A stretch of 63,617 nucleotides of DNA, filler included, from Chrysochromulina tobinii (GCA_001275005.1; 9 parts of 9 records of this genome joined end to end with filler, not necessarily neighbours in it); one strand, 5' to 3'. Counted from the first letter of the whole stretch, positions 29,493 through 41,856 are shown. Notes: generated by a model from the letters alone, not told the origin. Numbers and translations are program-made.

Positions 29493-31004
29493 ATGCCCAC
29501 CGGAGCGGCTACAGAAACCGCCGCTGAGAAGCTTGACGAGGTCGAACGCGACAAAGATAGCAATGCAGAGCGCACGCAGCCTACGCCAGAGCTTCTGTGG
29601 CCAAAGGACGGGTTCAAGGACCGCTTCTCACTCACTGTGAGCCGCCGCGTCTTTGACGGTTGGGTCACCCAGCCCAGCCCGTGCTGCGCCGCAGCGTCTG
29701 TTGCTGGCGCGTGCAATATTGTACTCGGTCTTAGGGCGATGAACGAGGCCGACGCACCGCTATCGCACAGCGACGTCGCCGCGATCATGCACGGCATGAT
29801 ATCGGAGCACCTCGCAAAGCGCCACGCCTCCGTGTGCCGGCTACTCGGCGTGCCGTCATGCGAGCCCGCATTCGACGCCCTCCGCGCCAACCTTGCGGCC
29901 GAGGGGCGCTCGCTCGGCGGCCAAAAGGAGCTCGGCTGCAAGCCCAAGGAGGCTCTCGAGCGGTTGCGGCTCGTGTGCGTTGAGCAGATGGCCAAGGTGG
30001 CGGCGGCTGCCGCCGCCGCACCGGCGAGCAGCGACGGCGCCTGTACGTCCAGCGAGCCCAACCGCCTGTGGGTTGCATTGCTCGAGTGTCTGCCTGAGGC
30101 TCCTGCGGCCGGCGCGCCCGCCGGCGCGCCCGCCAGCGTACCGGACTGCGAAGAGGAGCAGGAGGAGGAGGAGGAGGAGGAGACACTGCTATCGGGCGGC
30201 AAGGGCGGCGGGACCGGCGCCGACAACTTCGGCCTCAAAGTGCGCAAGGAGCTCAAGACCCTGATCAACAAGCTCACCGGAAGTGAGCAGCTGGGCCCTC
30301 AGGCGGCACGGCTGCACACCTCGATGATCGGCAATTGGGGCATCCGCGGCGCGGTCAAGGAGCTGAGCGAAGCCGCCTACTTGCGCTCGCTCGATCCGCG
30401 CCTCAAGAAGCTGCAGCAGTGGCATGCGGAGGCCACTGCTGCCAACGGCCAGCCCACGCCAGTGGATGCGGTAACGGCCGATGCACCTGTGCCGGTGGCA
30501 TCGGTCGAGCTGTCCGAGAAGGAGAATGAGAGCGCACAGCCGAGCGAACGCTCGGAGGCACCGAGCGTCGCGGAGGGGGCGTGCCTCGGTGGCAGCACGG
30601 AGGACGCCGTCGCGGGCGCCGCGGCCTCCGGCGCTGTTGCGCTGATCCGAGGTCTCGCGACGGTGCGTGCGAAGACGCTGATGTCGAAACGAATCAAAGG
30701 GGCACCAGCACCGCCTATCACGGTCAAGGCCAACGACGGCGAGAAGGAGATCGACGACGCGTGGCAGGCCTTCAAGGTGGCCTTTGGGCGAGAGGGCACA
30801 GCCCTCATCGTGCACCACAAGAACCACTACTCACTCGTGTTCGCTCTGCGCGAGTGGACCGAGGCAGAGGGCACTGCGGTCCGCGAGGTGCTCACCGCGC
30901 GCAAGGGGCAGCGGCCCACAGCCTGGGTGCCATGGGACGAGATCCACGGGCTCATCGCGCGCTGGGCGGGCTACGCCGTCATCCAGGTCAGTCGTGAGGT
31001 CTGA
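29493..31004 (+). CDS. Hypothetical protein, BIVM/peptidase C39-like motifs
   Basis: QPSPCCAAASVAGACN and LIVHHKNHYSLVFALREW resemble the Q..C / HxxNHY pattern of BIVM-like papain folds. Confidence 0.55.
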   Translation: MPTGAATETAAEKLDEVERDKDSNAERTQPTPELLWPKDGFKDRFSLTVSRRVFDGWVTQPSPCCAAASVAGACNIVLGLRAMNEADAPLSHSDVAAIMHGMISEHLAKRHASVCRLLGVPSCEPAFDALRANLAAEGRSLGGQKELGCKPKEALERLRLVCVEQMAKVAAAAAAAPASSDGACTSSEPNRLWVALLECLPEAPAAGAPAGAPASVPDCEEEQEEEEEEETLLSGGKGGGTGADNFGLKVRKELKTLINKLTGSEQLGPQAARLHTSMIGNWGIRGAVKELSEAAYLRSLDPRLKKLQQWHAEATAANGQPTPVDAVTADAPVPVASVELSEKENESAQPSERSEAPSVAEGACLGGSTEDAVAGAAASGAVALIRGLATVRAKTLMSKRIKGAPAPPITVKANDGEKEIDDAWQAFKVAFGREGTALIVHHKNHYSLVFALREWTEAEGTAVREVLTARKGQRPTAWVPWDEIHGLIARWAGYAVIQVSREV

Positions 31005-31911
31005 ATTGTCCGTATCGGCGGACCGTCGGACCTGGGACGGGGTCGGAGCCCGGCGTCGATCCCAGAGCGCGGGCGTCGTCCTGCGTTGAATCTTTCGGTT
31101 CGATTCACTTCGTATTCGACGGGACGCTGTTTACACTCGTTCGACTTCGTTAATAAGTTTATCGATATGTAAGCGCGCGGGTTTCCGGGTTAACGTCGAC
31201 GAACTCGAATTCGGCGGGACCCGCGCGCGCGCGGCGCGAACGGCGAAGGAGTCGCGTCCCGCTCCAGGTAGACCTCCCGCGTCCCGGGTCGCGGGTCCCG
31301 CGCGCGAGGCAGCCGCGTTAGGCGTTTTACCGCTTACTCCCCGGCCGGACGCGCCCCCAGCCCGCGGCCCGGCGCCGCCCGCCGCCCGGTACCCGGGCTA
31401 CCGCCGGCGACCCCCCGGCGCCCGGGCCCCGCCCCCCCCGGAGCGGGGCGAGGGCGGACTTAAGGGCGGACGCACGCGGCGCCACGGCGGCTCGGTGGCA
31501 TACCCACTACCCCGATCCCGGGCCGCGCGCGGCCGCCCGGCGCCGCGGCGCGGTATTCACGCGGATGGCAATTTAACGTGTGACGCGGACTCGGGAGCCT
31601 GGGACCCGCCCGATCCGGACCGCGACGGGACGGCGACGCGGCCATCCATGCGCGGATCGGATCGCATCGCGATCTGCGCCGTGCGGGTCGCTGCGAGCGA
31701 CGCCAGCCGACCTGACCCGGTCGCAGCCGTGAGCCGAGGCAGCTGGCACCGTCCATGCGTCTCGTCTTTCGAGTGGAGGCTGGAGTTAGGGTCTTTGCGT
31801 CGTTCGACGCCGCGCGACGAGTAGGCCTGTCACGCTGAGTATTCCGCTGTCAGGGACCCGAGCTTGGAGCTACGACCCCGGACCGGACGTTACCGTGTAT
31901 TAGGGTACCCA

Positions 31912-33276
31912 TTAGGTCAACGTTGTCATCAACCGGCAAACGATTGCCATCCCAGGCCCAGCGTCACCGTCACTATCCTCGCCGCCGTCACTTGAGCTAG
32001 CTCGCAGCGCACAACCTCTCGCGCTATCAGCGTCGCACTCGCCAACTCGGTCTCCATAGCGAGAGAGGCGCGCCCTGCCGCTCTGCACCTCGTCGAGCGC
32101 GTCGCCCGCCCACATAGCGGCTGCATGCAACGCCAGCCGACGCACGTCGCTCTCGCCAGTTGAGATCTCTCGGAAGCGGAGCGTGGCCGACGCTGGTCCG
32201 CTCAGGTGTACGTAAGCATACACATGCTCGCTCGAGAAGAGCCATCGGCGCTCCTCAGTGGCCTCATCGTCCTCGTCGGCTGCCGCACTTGCGCCGCCGT
32301 GGGCGCCGCCGTGGGCGCTACCATGCACGCCGCCGCCGCTTGAGTCGCCGTGCGCGCCGCCCACGTCTCCTCCGAAGGCGTACGTCGCGAGGCACTCAGG
32401 ATTGAGGAAGTCGGAGATTGCGAGCGCCTGCTCCATTCGGAGCTCGAGGAATTGCATGAAGAGAGCGCGGCTAGCGAGGCTCACGGCGAGCCCCGCGCCG
32501 CCCGCGTAGACCAACGGCAGCTTTCGCTGTCTCGAGCGTCCGAGCTCTGCGGAGATCGCACGAGCGTGCGCCGCCCCCACAAACGGCTCTGCCGTCGTCA
32601 TGAAGCGAGGCAAGCTGGCCGGTCGGCAGTGGAAGCAGCGTGCGCCGTGCGGCGAGAGAGCCATGCGCCGATTTTGGCCGCCCCAGCCGACTGTCCAGGA
32701 CGCGTTGTTGCACGTGCCGTGGTACCACCCATCGGGCACGACAATCGTTTCACCCGCCTCCTGCACGCAGGCTGGCACCGGCGCACCCGGCCTTGCATAA
32801 TGAGCGCACACGTCCAAGATGGCGCTGCACTCGCCCTCGACATCATGAGTGCAGGCCGGATCCGCCGGCGGACGCAACGCCCAGATCTTGCGACCTTGCA
32901 GCAGCAGCATCGCCGTGACCCCGTGATAGTGGCGGCCCAGGTCAATCTGTCCGGTGCCGTTGAGGCCGACTGAGATCATGGGCGTCAGGTCGATCGACTG
33001 CACGGCTGGCGGCAGTGGATGCCGCTCGCGCAGCACGCGAAAGATTCGGGGCTCGTGCTCGCCCGGCGGGTTGGAGAGTGTGTAAGGAAGGCCATCCGAG
33101 GTGATGGTGCCGAATTCAAACACCGCGCCCGTGGCAACAGGCCGCCCAAACTCCCTGACGACGTCCAATGTACTCCCTCCCGGCAGCAATCGTGGCCGAG
33201 GGTCCTCGCTCATGAGCGTCCAGAAAGTGGGCGCGTCAGGCAGCTCCGAGAGGCGTTCGCAGGCAGTGAATGGCAT
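31912..33276 (-). CDS. JmjC/cupin-like oxygenase (JMJD8-like HxH motif)
   Basis: GRHYHG...LLQGRKIWAL and CVQEAGETIVVPDGWYHGTCN. Confidence 0.72.
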   Translation of the reverse strand: MPFTACERLSELPDAPTFWTLMSEDPRPRLLPGGSTLDVVREFGRPVATGAVFEFGTITSDGLPYTLSNPPGEHEPRIFRVLRERHPLPPAVQSIDLTPMISVGLNGTGQIDLGRHYHGVTAMLLLQGRKIWALRPPADPACTHDVEGECSAILDVCAHYARPGAPVPACVQEAGETIVVPDGWYHGTCNNASWTVGWGGQNRRMALSPHGARCFHCRPASLPRFMTTAEPFVGAAHARAISAELGRSRQRKLPLVYAGGAGLAVSLASRALFMQFLELRMEQALAISDFLNPECLATYAFGGDVGGAHGDSSGGGVHGSAHGGAHGGASAAADEDDEATEERRWLFSSEHVYAYVHLSGPASATLRFREISTGESDVRRLALHAAAMWAGDALDEVQSGRARLSRYGDRVGECDADSARGCALRASSSDGGEDSDGDAGPGMAIVCRLMTTLT

Positions 33277-33753
33277 GTGCGGCTCTTCACGCCACGAGGG
33301 TGAGGAGCGGCGTCGGCAGGGCAGGCTTTTCCAGTCCCCAGCAGCAGCACTTTTCCCTCCGCGTTCGCCGCGGCCCGCGGATTATGTGGAAACGCGACAC
33401 CCTCATCATTCATAGCGAAAAGGTCAAACTTGCCTGCACCTAACACAAATTCCCCACCATGCCTGCGATGTCCGGAACTTGGAACGATGTGGCGAATGTG
33501 TAACGCAACCGCGCTCACAGGCACGGTTAGAGTTCGTCAGAGTCGCCATGTCCGTCGCGCGTCGGGTCAAACCCGGGTCTGAACCTGTGCAGATCTGAGC
33601 AGAACCACCTTGCCTGGCTGGCATGCCGCTTGTCGGGACGCGACCGCGCTCTTCACAGGCCGTCAGGCCGTCTCAACAGCCAATTCACACTCTGAACACA
33701 CGCTGCAACGTGTGCCGGCACGTTACATGTAGTGTAGGTACACCTACAGCCAC

Positions 33754-34908
33754 TCATGGCAACACCATGACATCTGTACCAGAGCACTTCTCAGGTTTGC
33801 CGGTGCATGAGGAGACGAGATTAAAGTTGAAGCGGCACTCGGCGCAGGTCGCCCGATTCAGCCGCTCCTGCAGGCAGCGATTCTTCCGTCGGAAGAGCTG
33901 CCAGCAAAAATGATCCTCCTGCCCAGCGTCAACATCGGCGTGCTCGAGGAATTTGAAGTAGGTGGGGCACCGCACATTGGCTTTCCAGGGCTTATGGCCC
34001 GCGTTGAAGTGGCGAGCTCGCATCGCCCCGAGATTGTGCTCATGGCGGAATGTGCGGTTCTTTGGGAACGCAAAAACGGGCGAATGGACCTCGCTCCGTA
34101 CGAGAAAGAGGTACACGAAGAGCCCTTGGCATGCGTGGCCACCAACAAAGTTCCAGTCGTTCTCTCTCATCATCGTCGTGCGGTTGATGATATCCCATTC
34201 TTCCATCACGCGCAGGTGCCGAAGGGCATCCCTGGGACGGCCGACCCAGTCAAAGCCAAGCAACGGATCAAACCTCCGCCGGCGAAGAACACGCACTGCC
34301 TGCTCGAAGATGCTCAGGCTGGGCTTGAGCAGCATCACGCCGGTGTTGATCGGGGAGTGTTGATCGGCGCTCGCCAGAAGGCGCACTGTCGAGTTGAGGA
34401 AGATGGTAAAGCTTTTTGTCCAGGCTTGCTCAATGTCACGACCCATCTTCCTGTTTTTTAGTCTACCATGAAGACTTGAGGGTGGCCTGCCTGAAGTACC
34501 TAAAAAAAGATCAACGTCCACGTCGGTGAATAGTACAGCACGGTACTGCGTCAGCCGAAAGAGCTGCAGCTTGTAGAGCGCGTGCACGGATACTTGTCTT
34601 GTCCATTGGAAAGTTGAGTAGTTGAGCATCGCCGTCCAATTTCGAATGAGCCGCTTGAGCGTCTCATCCAGCGGCAGTACATTCAGCAGGCGCGTCGCGG
34701 CAGACGCACAGAGAGATCGGACGTAGTTTTCGTCATTCGTGAGTACAACGAGCTCAGCCCGTCCCACCAAATAGGGAGCCAAAGCCAGATGTGACATAGA
34801 ATAACACCACTTGATCAAGCCGCAGCTGCCAGCTCGACTGCTCGTGGAGCGGTTGTCTATGTCTTGAATGGCAGCCAGGCCGAGCAGTAGCTGCGGCCTG
34901 GGCACCAT
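33754..34908 (-). CDS. Glycosyltransferase family 8-like protein
   Basis: YKLQLFRLTQYRAVLFTDVD (DxD), INTGVMLLKPS, QGLF, HF...KPW. Confidence 0.72.
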   Translation of the reverse strand: MVPRPQLLLGLAAIQDIDNRSTSSRAGSCGLIKWCYSMSHLALAPYLVGRAELVVLTNDENYVRSLCASAATRLLNVLPLDETLKRLIRNWTAMLNYSTFQWTRQVSVHALYKLQLFRLTQYRAVLFTDVDVDLFLGTSGRPPSSLHGRLKNRKMGRDIEQAWTKSFTIFLNSTVRLLASADQHSPINTGVMLLKPSLSIFEQAVRVLRRRRFDPLLGFDWVGRPRDALRHLRVMEEWDIINRTTMMRENDWNFVGGHACQGLFVYLFLVRSEVHSPVFAFPKNRTFRHEHNLGAMRARHFNAGHKPWKANVRCPTYFKFLEHADVDAGQEDHFCWQLFRRKNRCLQERLNRATCAECRFNFNLVSSCTGKPEKCSGTDVMVLP

Positions 34909-35113
34909 TCAATCGCAGTCGAGAATCGGCTGTCGGCGGCGAGTAGCGAGAGTCTTTGAGACATGAAAGAGCCGCTCATCATGACGCTAGCGCCGAGCGT
35001 CAATACTAGGGTGTCCTTTATAGAATGTTGCAAGAGAGGGAATGATGCATACAAGTCGACAGAACACCCAGCGCCGCATATCTGACTAAACCAAACTCAG
35101 ACATACACCGGGT

Positions 35114-37490
35114 ATGCACGCACAGCGAACACAGAGCTCCACGCGTGTTGAAACTCCCATAAAAATCCCAGTGGCGCGGTTTCGGTCCGAGCACGTGCAT
35201 GCCTCTGAGGAGCCGTCGCTGCCATCCATGGAGACTGACCAGCCCTCCGAAGTGACAGCTTCGCAAACCAGTGATGACCCTGCGGCTGAGAGCTTGCCCG
35301 CGCTCGTTCCCACCCAAGCCATGGAGAGCGAACCTGAGGCGGTGCCCGCTCCTGCTGCTGACGAGGTGGCGACAGCTCAAGCAGAGCCGCTGCCACTGCT
35401 GTCCGTGGAGACTGACCAGCCCTCCGAAGTGACAGCTTCGCAAACCAGTGATGACCCTGCGGCTGAGAGCTTGCCCAGCGCTCGTTCCCACCCAAGCCAT
35501 GGAGAGCGAACCTGAGGCGGTGCCCGCTCCTGCTGCTGATGAGGTGGCGACAGCTCGAGCAGAGGTGTCTGTCCCTGGTATTGCCGAAGCGGCTGCGGCA
35601 ACAATAGAAGATATTCTTGCGCCCGCATCGGACGAGGTTACTGCAGCAGCGTATGACGGCGAAGAGGCGGAGCTCGGGCTTGAAGCGCGTGAGTACGCTG
35701 CTGAGCTCCTTGCGAACATCCAACAGGCTGAGGTCGAACCACATAAGCATTCAGAGCTCAAACCCGCTGAGCGCGAGAAGGCAGAGCGCGAGCAGGCTGA
35801 GCGCGAGCAAGACCAGGCAGCACGAAAAATGCAGGCCATCCAACGTGGTCAGCGCACTCGCAAGATGGCTAAGGAAAATGCTAAGACAGGTAGAAAGAGT
35901 CGTCAAATGGTGGAGGCTCTCCTCCACTACGAGGCCTTCGAAGAGGACAAGTTGCTCTTTGCCCAGCGCCGTCTGTTGGCCTTCAACGATCCGACCACCT
36001 TTCTGAGGAGTCTCGTCAAAGAGTATCAGGCTCTCGAGATGTGGCTCGCGCATTGCACATCTCGGCACGCACTGCTCGAGGCCACGCTGCGCCTGCAGTA
36101 CTTCTTTCGGGCACGGGGATGTTTGAGCATCGAGGCTCGCACGAAGATGGACTATGTCCTCACGGGGTTACGCAAGAGCACGAGGCATCAGATGGCCGAG
36201 ATCCAGGAGCTACGAGAGCTGACTCGTGGACTCGCCACGCGCTTCTTTGCCATCATGTCGCCACACTTAGAGAAGCGCATTCAAAACTTCAAGTCGCGGC
36301 TCAGCAGTATCTCGCAGGCAGCTACCGCGGACAAGGCGGCCGCATCGGCCACGCCGGTACCGCCTACAGCAGTAGGCAAAACGCCAGTCCGCGAGGGAGC
36401 TGAATTTGACGAGCGCATCAACGTGCTGCGGGGGCATATGCACGTTGTGCGCGATTACCAGGAAGGGCTGCTCAAGAATGAGAAGATGCTCCGTACGTTG
36501 GAGCGGCTGATCTACAAGTTCGCCAACAAGAAGGAGGCGAAGGAGCTCCAGGCTGCCCAGGATCCCTATGGGCCGGGGAGCCTCGGTAAGTTGCTAAAGA
36601 AGATGGCGCCGCCTGGAAGCGCTGGCGATCCCATCCAGACGCCTGTTTGTTTGAGAGCATACCGCAACCGAGACAGGACCGCCGAGCGCAACAAGCTATA
36701 CGCGAACGCTATCGCCAAGGTGCTGCCGCAGAATGTACATGATGAGCTCGTACTGATTCGTGAGCAGACTGAAGCGGTCGAACAGCTCAGCGGGAATGTC
36801 GAAGAGGTTAGACGTGCCCTAGCCGCAATGGGCGGCGAGGGTAAGTCGAGGTTGGCAATGCCTCGCTCCCTTGCACATCTCGACATGGACTCGAGGCCAG
36901 GGACACGAGGCACCACTTCATCGCGGCCACGCTCACGTGCAAGCCTCGGCCAGCGCCCGTCTAGAATGGCTCTCGGCAAAAGCAGTGGGCAATTGGTGGC
37001 ACCACCCCTTGCGCCCCTTTGGGCCTGCTCGCCAAGTACAGGATGGCACGCGCACGCGACGAGTCAGCTCGTCGCACTTCCGCGCACGTCTAGCTCGTCA
37101 AGCCTCATCCCCGCGCTCATGAGCCCCAAAACATCGCCCACGCCCCAGTTCATGGAGGTTGGCGTTGGGGCCGGCCTGCAGACATCACTCGAAGAGGATG
37201 CACTCCTGACTCTATCCACTAGCACGATCAAGCTCTCATCAGGCCGAGGCCCGGAGCTCGTTGATACGTACCGGCAACAGCTTCCATGGACGCCCATGAG
37301 GTATAAATACGACGAATCCAGATGGGTGGCGTCCGAGCGGCCTATCTATATCCATCCGGACCGGGAGCGTGGAAAGGAGCGAATGCTACGTATCAGAAAC
37401 GCTCGATCACTTCCTTCATTGTTGGCGTCCACCTACGTGAAGGAGCCGAAGAAGTTCAACCCCTTCGACTTTGGTGCGGTCATCCGATGA
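35114..37490 (+). CDS. Hypothetical coiled-coil protein with IQ motif; N-terminal 177-nt tandem duplication with 1-nt insertion at 35477
   Basis: AARKMQAIQRGQRTRK IQ motif. Two copies of ETDQPSEVTASQ... differ by an extra A that splits the ORF. Confidence 0.55.
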
Positions 37491-37856
37491 GCAGTATCTC
37501 TTAGCTCTTTCCAAGGTGCACCTCTTTATCAACGGTAGGCTTAAGTTCGTTCGAGGGTTGTTTCGTACATGGGAGAATTTACGCATGGGGCATGGCGGGA
37601 CGTAGCTTGTGCTTTGAAGCATGAGCATCTAAGCACGACATAAACTTGACTTCCCTAATGAAGTAATGTTATGAGGTCAGAGTTGTTGTTCGTTTATCTT
37701 GATTAGCATGAAACACCTCCTGGTGGCGGTGGGCGGTTATCCGTCGCCGTTAGGCGNNNNNNNNNNNNNNNNNNNNNNNNNNNNNNNNNNNNNNNNNNNN
37801 TTAATTAATTAANNNNNNNNNNNNNNNNNNNNNNNNNNNNNNNNNNNNNNNNNNNN

Positions 37857-40255
37857 GCCGGTACGCGGACTATTGCGCCCAGATGAACCTCGACAAGGTA
37901 GAGGTGAAATGTACTACCGTCAAGCACTTCACCGAGCTTTGGAACGCTGACAAACAGATCATCGAGGTAAGTGCCACGGGGCATTCGATCTGTGATATTT
38001 GTACCGCATTCGACGCTCGAGCAGAGGCACTAGGGAGTCGGATGGATGCAGAGGCAAGCAGGCTCAGACTTGAGCTTGATGAGGATCGGCGTGAGCATTA
38101 CCGCGTGCACGATGCATCACGTAAAGTATTCGATAACGCAACATACCAAGCTGAGCACCGTCCTGACTTGGTGACTATGATAAACATCGACGCGCCCACG
38201 AAGAGGCAATTTGATTTGCCGCGCCATCCCAAAAATCGAGACGTTCCAAAAGGCCTTGAAGGCGAGAAGCGCTGGGAATCAAAAGTGACGGGCGCAATGG
38301 ACGCAAGTGTCGGCGTGAGGGTGTTCGTGGCCCACGAGTCAGTGAAGGCGGGACCAAATCTGGTTGCAACTATCTTGTACCTGACGTTGCTAGGTCACAT
38401 CAAGCTTGGCAGCCCCCTCGGACAGATATTGCACCTACAGCTGGACAACACCTGCGGCGAAAACAAATGCCTATGCATTTTAGCCACAGTAGCCTGGCTG
38501 GTTCAATCATGTTCATTTGACGGGGCTTTGATCAACTGCATGCCTGTTGGGCATACGTTCACGATCCTTGATCAGTCCTACAATACACTCATAGATGGCA
38601 TGCATCAAAGCACGCTCCCCACGGTCGAAGCCATGCTCAACGAGATCCAACGTCGCATGCGCGAATACAACTGTGTGGAAGTTACGGAATTGAAAGCCGT
38701 GTTCGACTTCTGGGAATGGTTCAAGCCTGTTATTGTGAAGCTCACGGGATTTGCTCGGCGTGAAGCCCTCGGCGGGCTCTACACAGGTATGGGTCAGTTC
38801 CAATTTAATCGCGATGCGTCCGGCCAGGTCAGGCTGAAGATGCGAGTCGCTCCAACTGCTACAACATGGATTCCGGAAGGTGATGGCTACCTACTGTTCA
38901 ACGTGACCTCGCCCCTCTCAGGTGGGCCTCCACTGGCGCCGCTCAAGTCTTTTGCCGATTGGCAGAAGGAAACTGTGGTCACCAACATTAGACGCTGGTT
39001 GCCTTACCTGGGAGTGGATCTCGCGGCTCAGCAAGATGCTAAAGCTGAATGGGAAACGCGCCTCGCATCATTGACTCAATCAGTGCGTGATATTGAGCTG
39101 AGAGGTGAAGCCCCAGTATGGGAGGGCCCCCCCCAGAGCCCGGAGCCAAGAAACAACACTGCGGGAGGAGCAAGCGACGGCGCCGCCCGCCCATGGATAG
39201 GGGTTGTTGACAACCCTCCTGTCAACCCGATCGACGTCGAACGCGGCAAGCAGTACACGCAGTCGGTCACCGCATGGCAAAAATCCACTAGGGCCGAAGC
39301 TGCCCGCTCCGGAGTAGCGCCTCCTGTGCACCTGTCTGATTACCTCATAGTCAAGGACAGCTCCAACTTGCCGTGCTTGATTCGCGTATTGGGCGGCACG
39401 CTGGGCTTAGGTGGTGGCGATGTCCTCGTCCATGGCACCACGTACGACCAAGACCCCAACCCCTTGGTGGCAGTCTCTTCTTGGGGGTGGGGTACTTTCT
39501 CTCCTAGACGCAATGGAGCCTATGATCCACACGATCGGAGCAAAGGACCCGTTCACGTCTCGACACACGATATCAAACGCAGCGACATTTTAGTTTATGA
39601 TGCCAAAGCATTCTTGGATTCTAGAGAGGAGCTCCGCTTGCATGTTGACACTCTCAAAGCGTTGGCATTATCTGGAGAGTACCCATTACCAACGCCGTTG
39701 CCATCGACGCATCTTCGCTGTCCAGCTGGAGCCCCCGCATCCTATGTGCCCCCTGCGAAGCGGACTACCAGCGCGGACGCTGGCACGGGCTCGAGGGATG
39801 CAGGTGCAGGCGCAGGTGCAGGCTCAGGCTCAGTCTCAGGCGCGGGCAAACGCGCGGGCGCCCCAGTTGCAACCCCTGGGAAGCGTAAAAGCGCTGGCTC
39901 GGGCTCTGTACCGGAGGGCTCCGAGGTCTCGGGCGAGGTCTCGTCGGGCGCGGGCGCGGGCACGGGCGCGGGCGCGGGCGCGGGCACCGTCTTGGGCGCT
40001 ATTGTGCCGGCTAGAACGGATTCTGCAGAAGCAGAAATGTATGAGGTCGAAGCACTTATTGGTCGCAAGAAGTCACGAGGTGCCAGGTACGACCATGGCT
40101 TTCGCAAAGGCACATGGATTTACCTTGTGAAATGGGAAGGCTATGAGGAAGCAACCTGGGAAGATGCAAGAAACATCGAAAATTCATTGATAGAAGCGTT
40201 TGAGGATGAACATGGAAGTGCACATACCTCAGATTTTGACTCCGCCGAGGAGTAA
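37857..40255 (+). mobile_element. DDE-type transposase (Sola/DUF7869-like) with C-terminal chromodomain; 5' truncated by contig edge
   Basis: ICDIC, LHLQLDNTCGENK, MPVGHTFTILDQSY; chromodomain YEVEALIG...YLVKWEGYEEATWEDARNI. Intronless and lower GC than host genes. Confidence 0.7.
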
Positions 40256-40499
40256 TCTAACTTGGGCGCCTCCGTCTCTCTAACTGTATCTGGACAGGGA
40301 CGTGTGGTGTGCGTGAAGATGCTGAACGGAGGTACAGCTACTCATAGCAGAACATAGTCTTGTGCGGTTCGACGAGATACATGCTTTGTTATAATAGAGA
40401 TGGTGTACGTCGAGGTAGCATAGTGTTCATCTTACATCAGACACGACGAATGTTGAAAGACACTCGAGGAAACAGCGGAGTGTTGCCCCTTGAGCGCGG

Positions 40500-41360
40500 T
40501 CGCTCTCTGACCGAGGGCGTGGCGGGCGTGAGCTCATTCGGGTTCAGCGGCACAAATGCGCACGCGCTGATGCAGCGCGCGGAGGACGGATCATCGGGCG
40601 CCAAGTTGGGTCTCATCGCGGAGTGGGCGCGTGGCTCGTGATGGGCAGGGGCTTTTGGCGCAGCTGCACGAGTTTGGGGCGGGCGAGGAGCTGGTCGCGT
40701 GCGATAGCGCCAATCTGCTCGACATGGCAGCATTCCGTGCGGCGCATCCCAAGGTCAGCGGGTACCTGCACGCAGCAGGCGCAGGTGACCGAGGGCTCCT
40801 GACCGAGCTGGAAGCGTCCCGAGAGCGCTGGATGCTTGCGCCCCCTCGCCGCCGCCCTCTTTGCCGCCCTCGCCGCTGCCCTTGCCGCCTCCTCCCTCGC
40901 CGCCACCGTCGCCACCCTCTATGCCGCCCTCGCCGCCGCCATATCCATCTCCGCCATCGCCCCCTCCATCTCCGCCACCTCCTTCGCCTCCGACTCTGCC
41001 ATCTCCACCTAGCATGCCGCCCTCACCTCCGTCACCAAGCCTGCCGCCAGCGCCGACTCTACCGCCGCCGCCGCCGTTGCCGCCGCTGCCGCCGCCCTCG
41101 CCGCAGCCGCCGCCCTCGCCACCGCCACTGCCGCCGCCACCCTCGCTACCACCCTCGTTTTCCCCGCCTTCACCGCCGCCCTCGCCTCCGCCACCCTCAC
41201 CGTCACCTGTCTCACCGCCACCGTCGCCTCCACTATCGCCCTTGCGACGTGCGTGGCTCGATCGCGGCGGAGGACGTCGACGGCGACGGCAACCTCGACG
41301 TGCTGCTTGGGAACGATGGCAGTCCCGGCCGAGTGCTGCTCGACATCGGTGGCCTCTGAG
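40500..41360 (+). pseudogene. Mosaic of gene fragments: PKS ketosynthase end, PKS ketoreductase, SPPP linker, FG-GAP repeat
   Basis: GVSSFGFSGTNAH; VACD...GYLHAAG; (SPPP)n; AEDVDGDGNLDVLLGN. The pieces are in different frames and separated by stops. Confidence 0.7.
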
Positions 41361-41856
41361 TGCAATCATGCTGACGGTGGCGGGCAGGCGAGGGCGGCGA
41401 GTAGGCGGCGAGCTCAGCTGGGGCGGGCTNNNNNNNNNNNNNNNNNNNNNNNNNNNNNNNNNNNNNNNNNNNNTTAATTAATTAANNNNNNNNNNNNNNN
41501 NNNNNNNNNNNNNNNNNNNNNNNNNNNNNGTCGTCGACGAGGTGAAGAGGTGAAGAGGTGCGGAGGTCGCTTCGGGCCTCCCTCTCCCAGTTTGGAACCC
41601 CACAGGCCCGACTGTAGGACAACGAACTCACGGGAGCACACACACAAGACGAAGAACACACGCACTCAACATACTTCACACTGTGACAATTTGCCGATTA
41701 CCCGGAGTAGGAGAGCACAGACAAATTTCTCCGTCTCGCCAACACGTGCATTACATGTATGTTGTAGGTATCCCATTGATGAATGGGATGCATTCCCATT
41801 CACAGCAGACTTGCGATGGTGGAGGCGCGGTAGCCATCGCCAAATGCGTCGCCAAA

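Noticed and set aside
35210..35565. 177-nt tandem duplication as a mobile element
   Set aside because: It is an in-gene coding repeat with no TIR or TSD.
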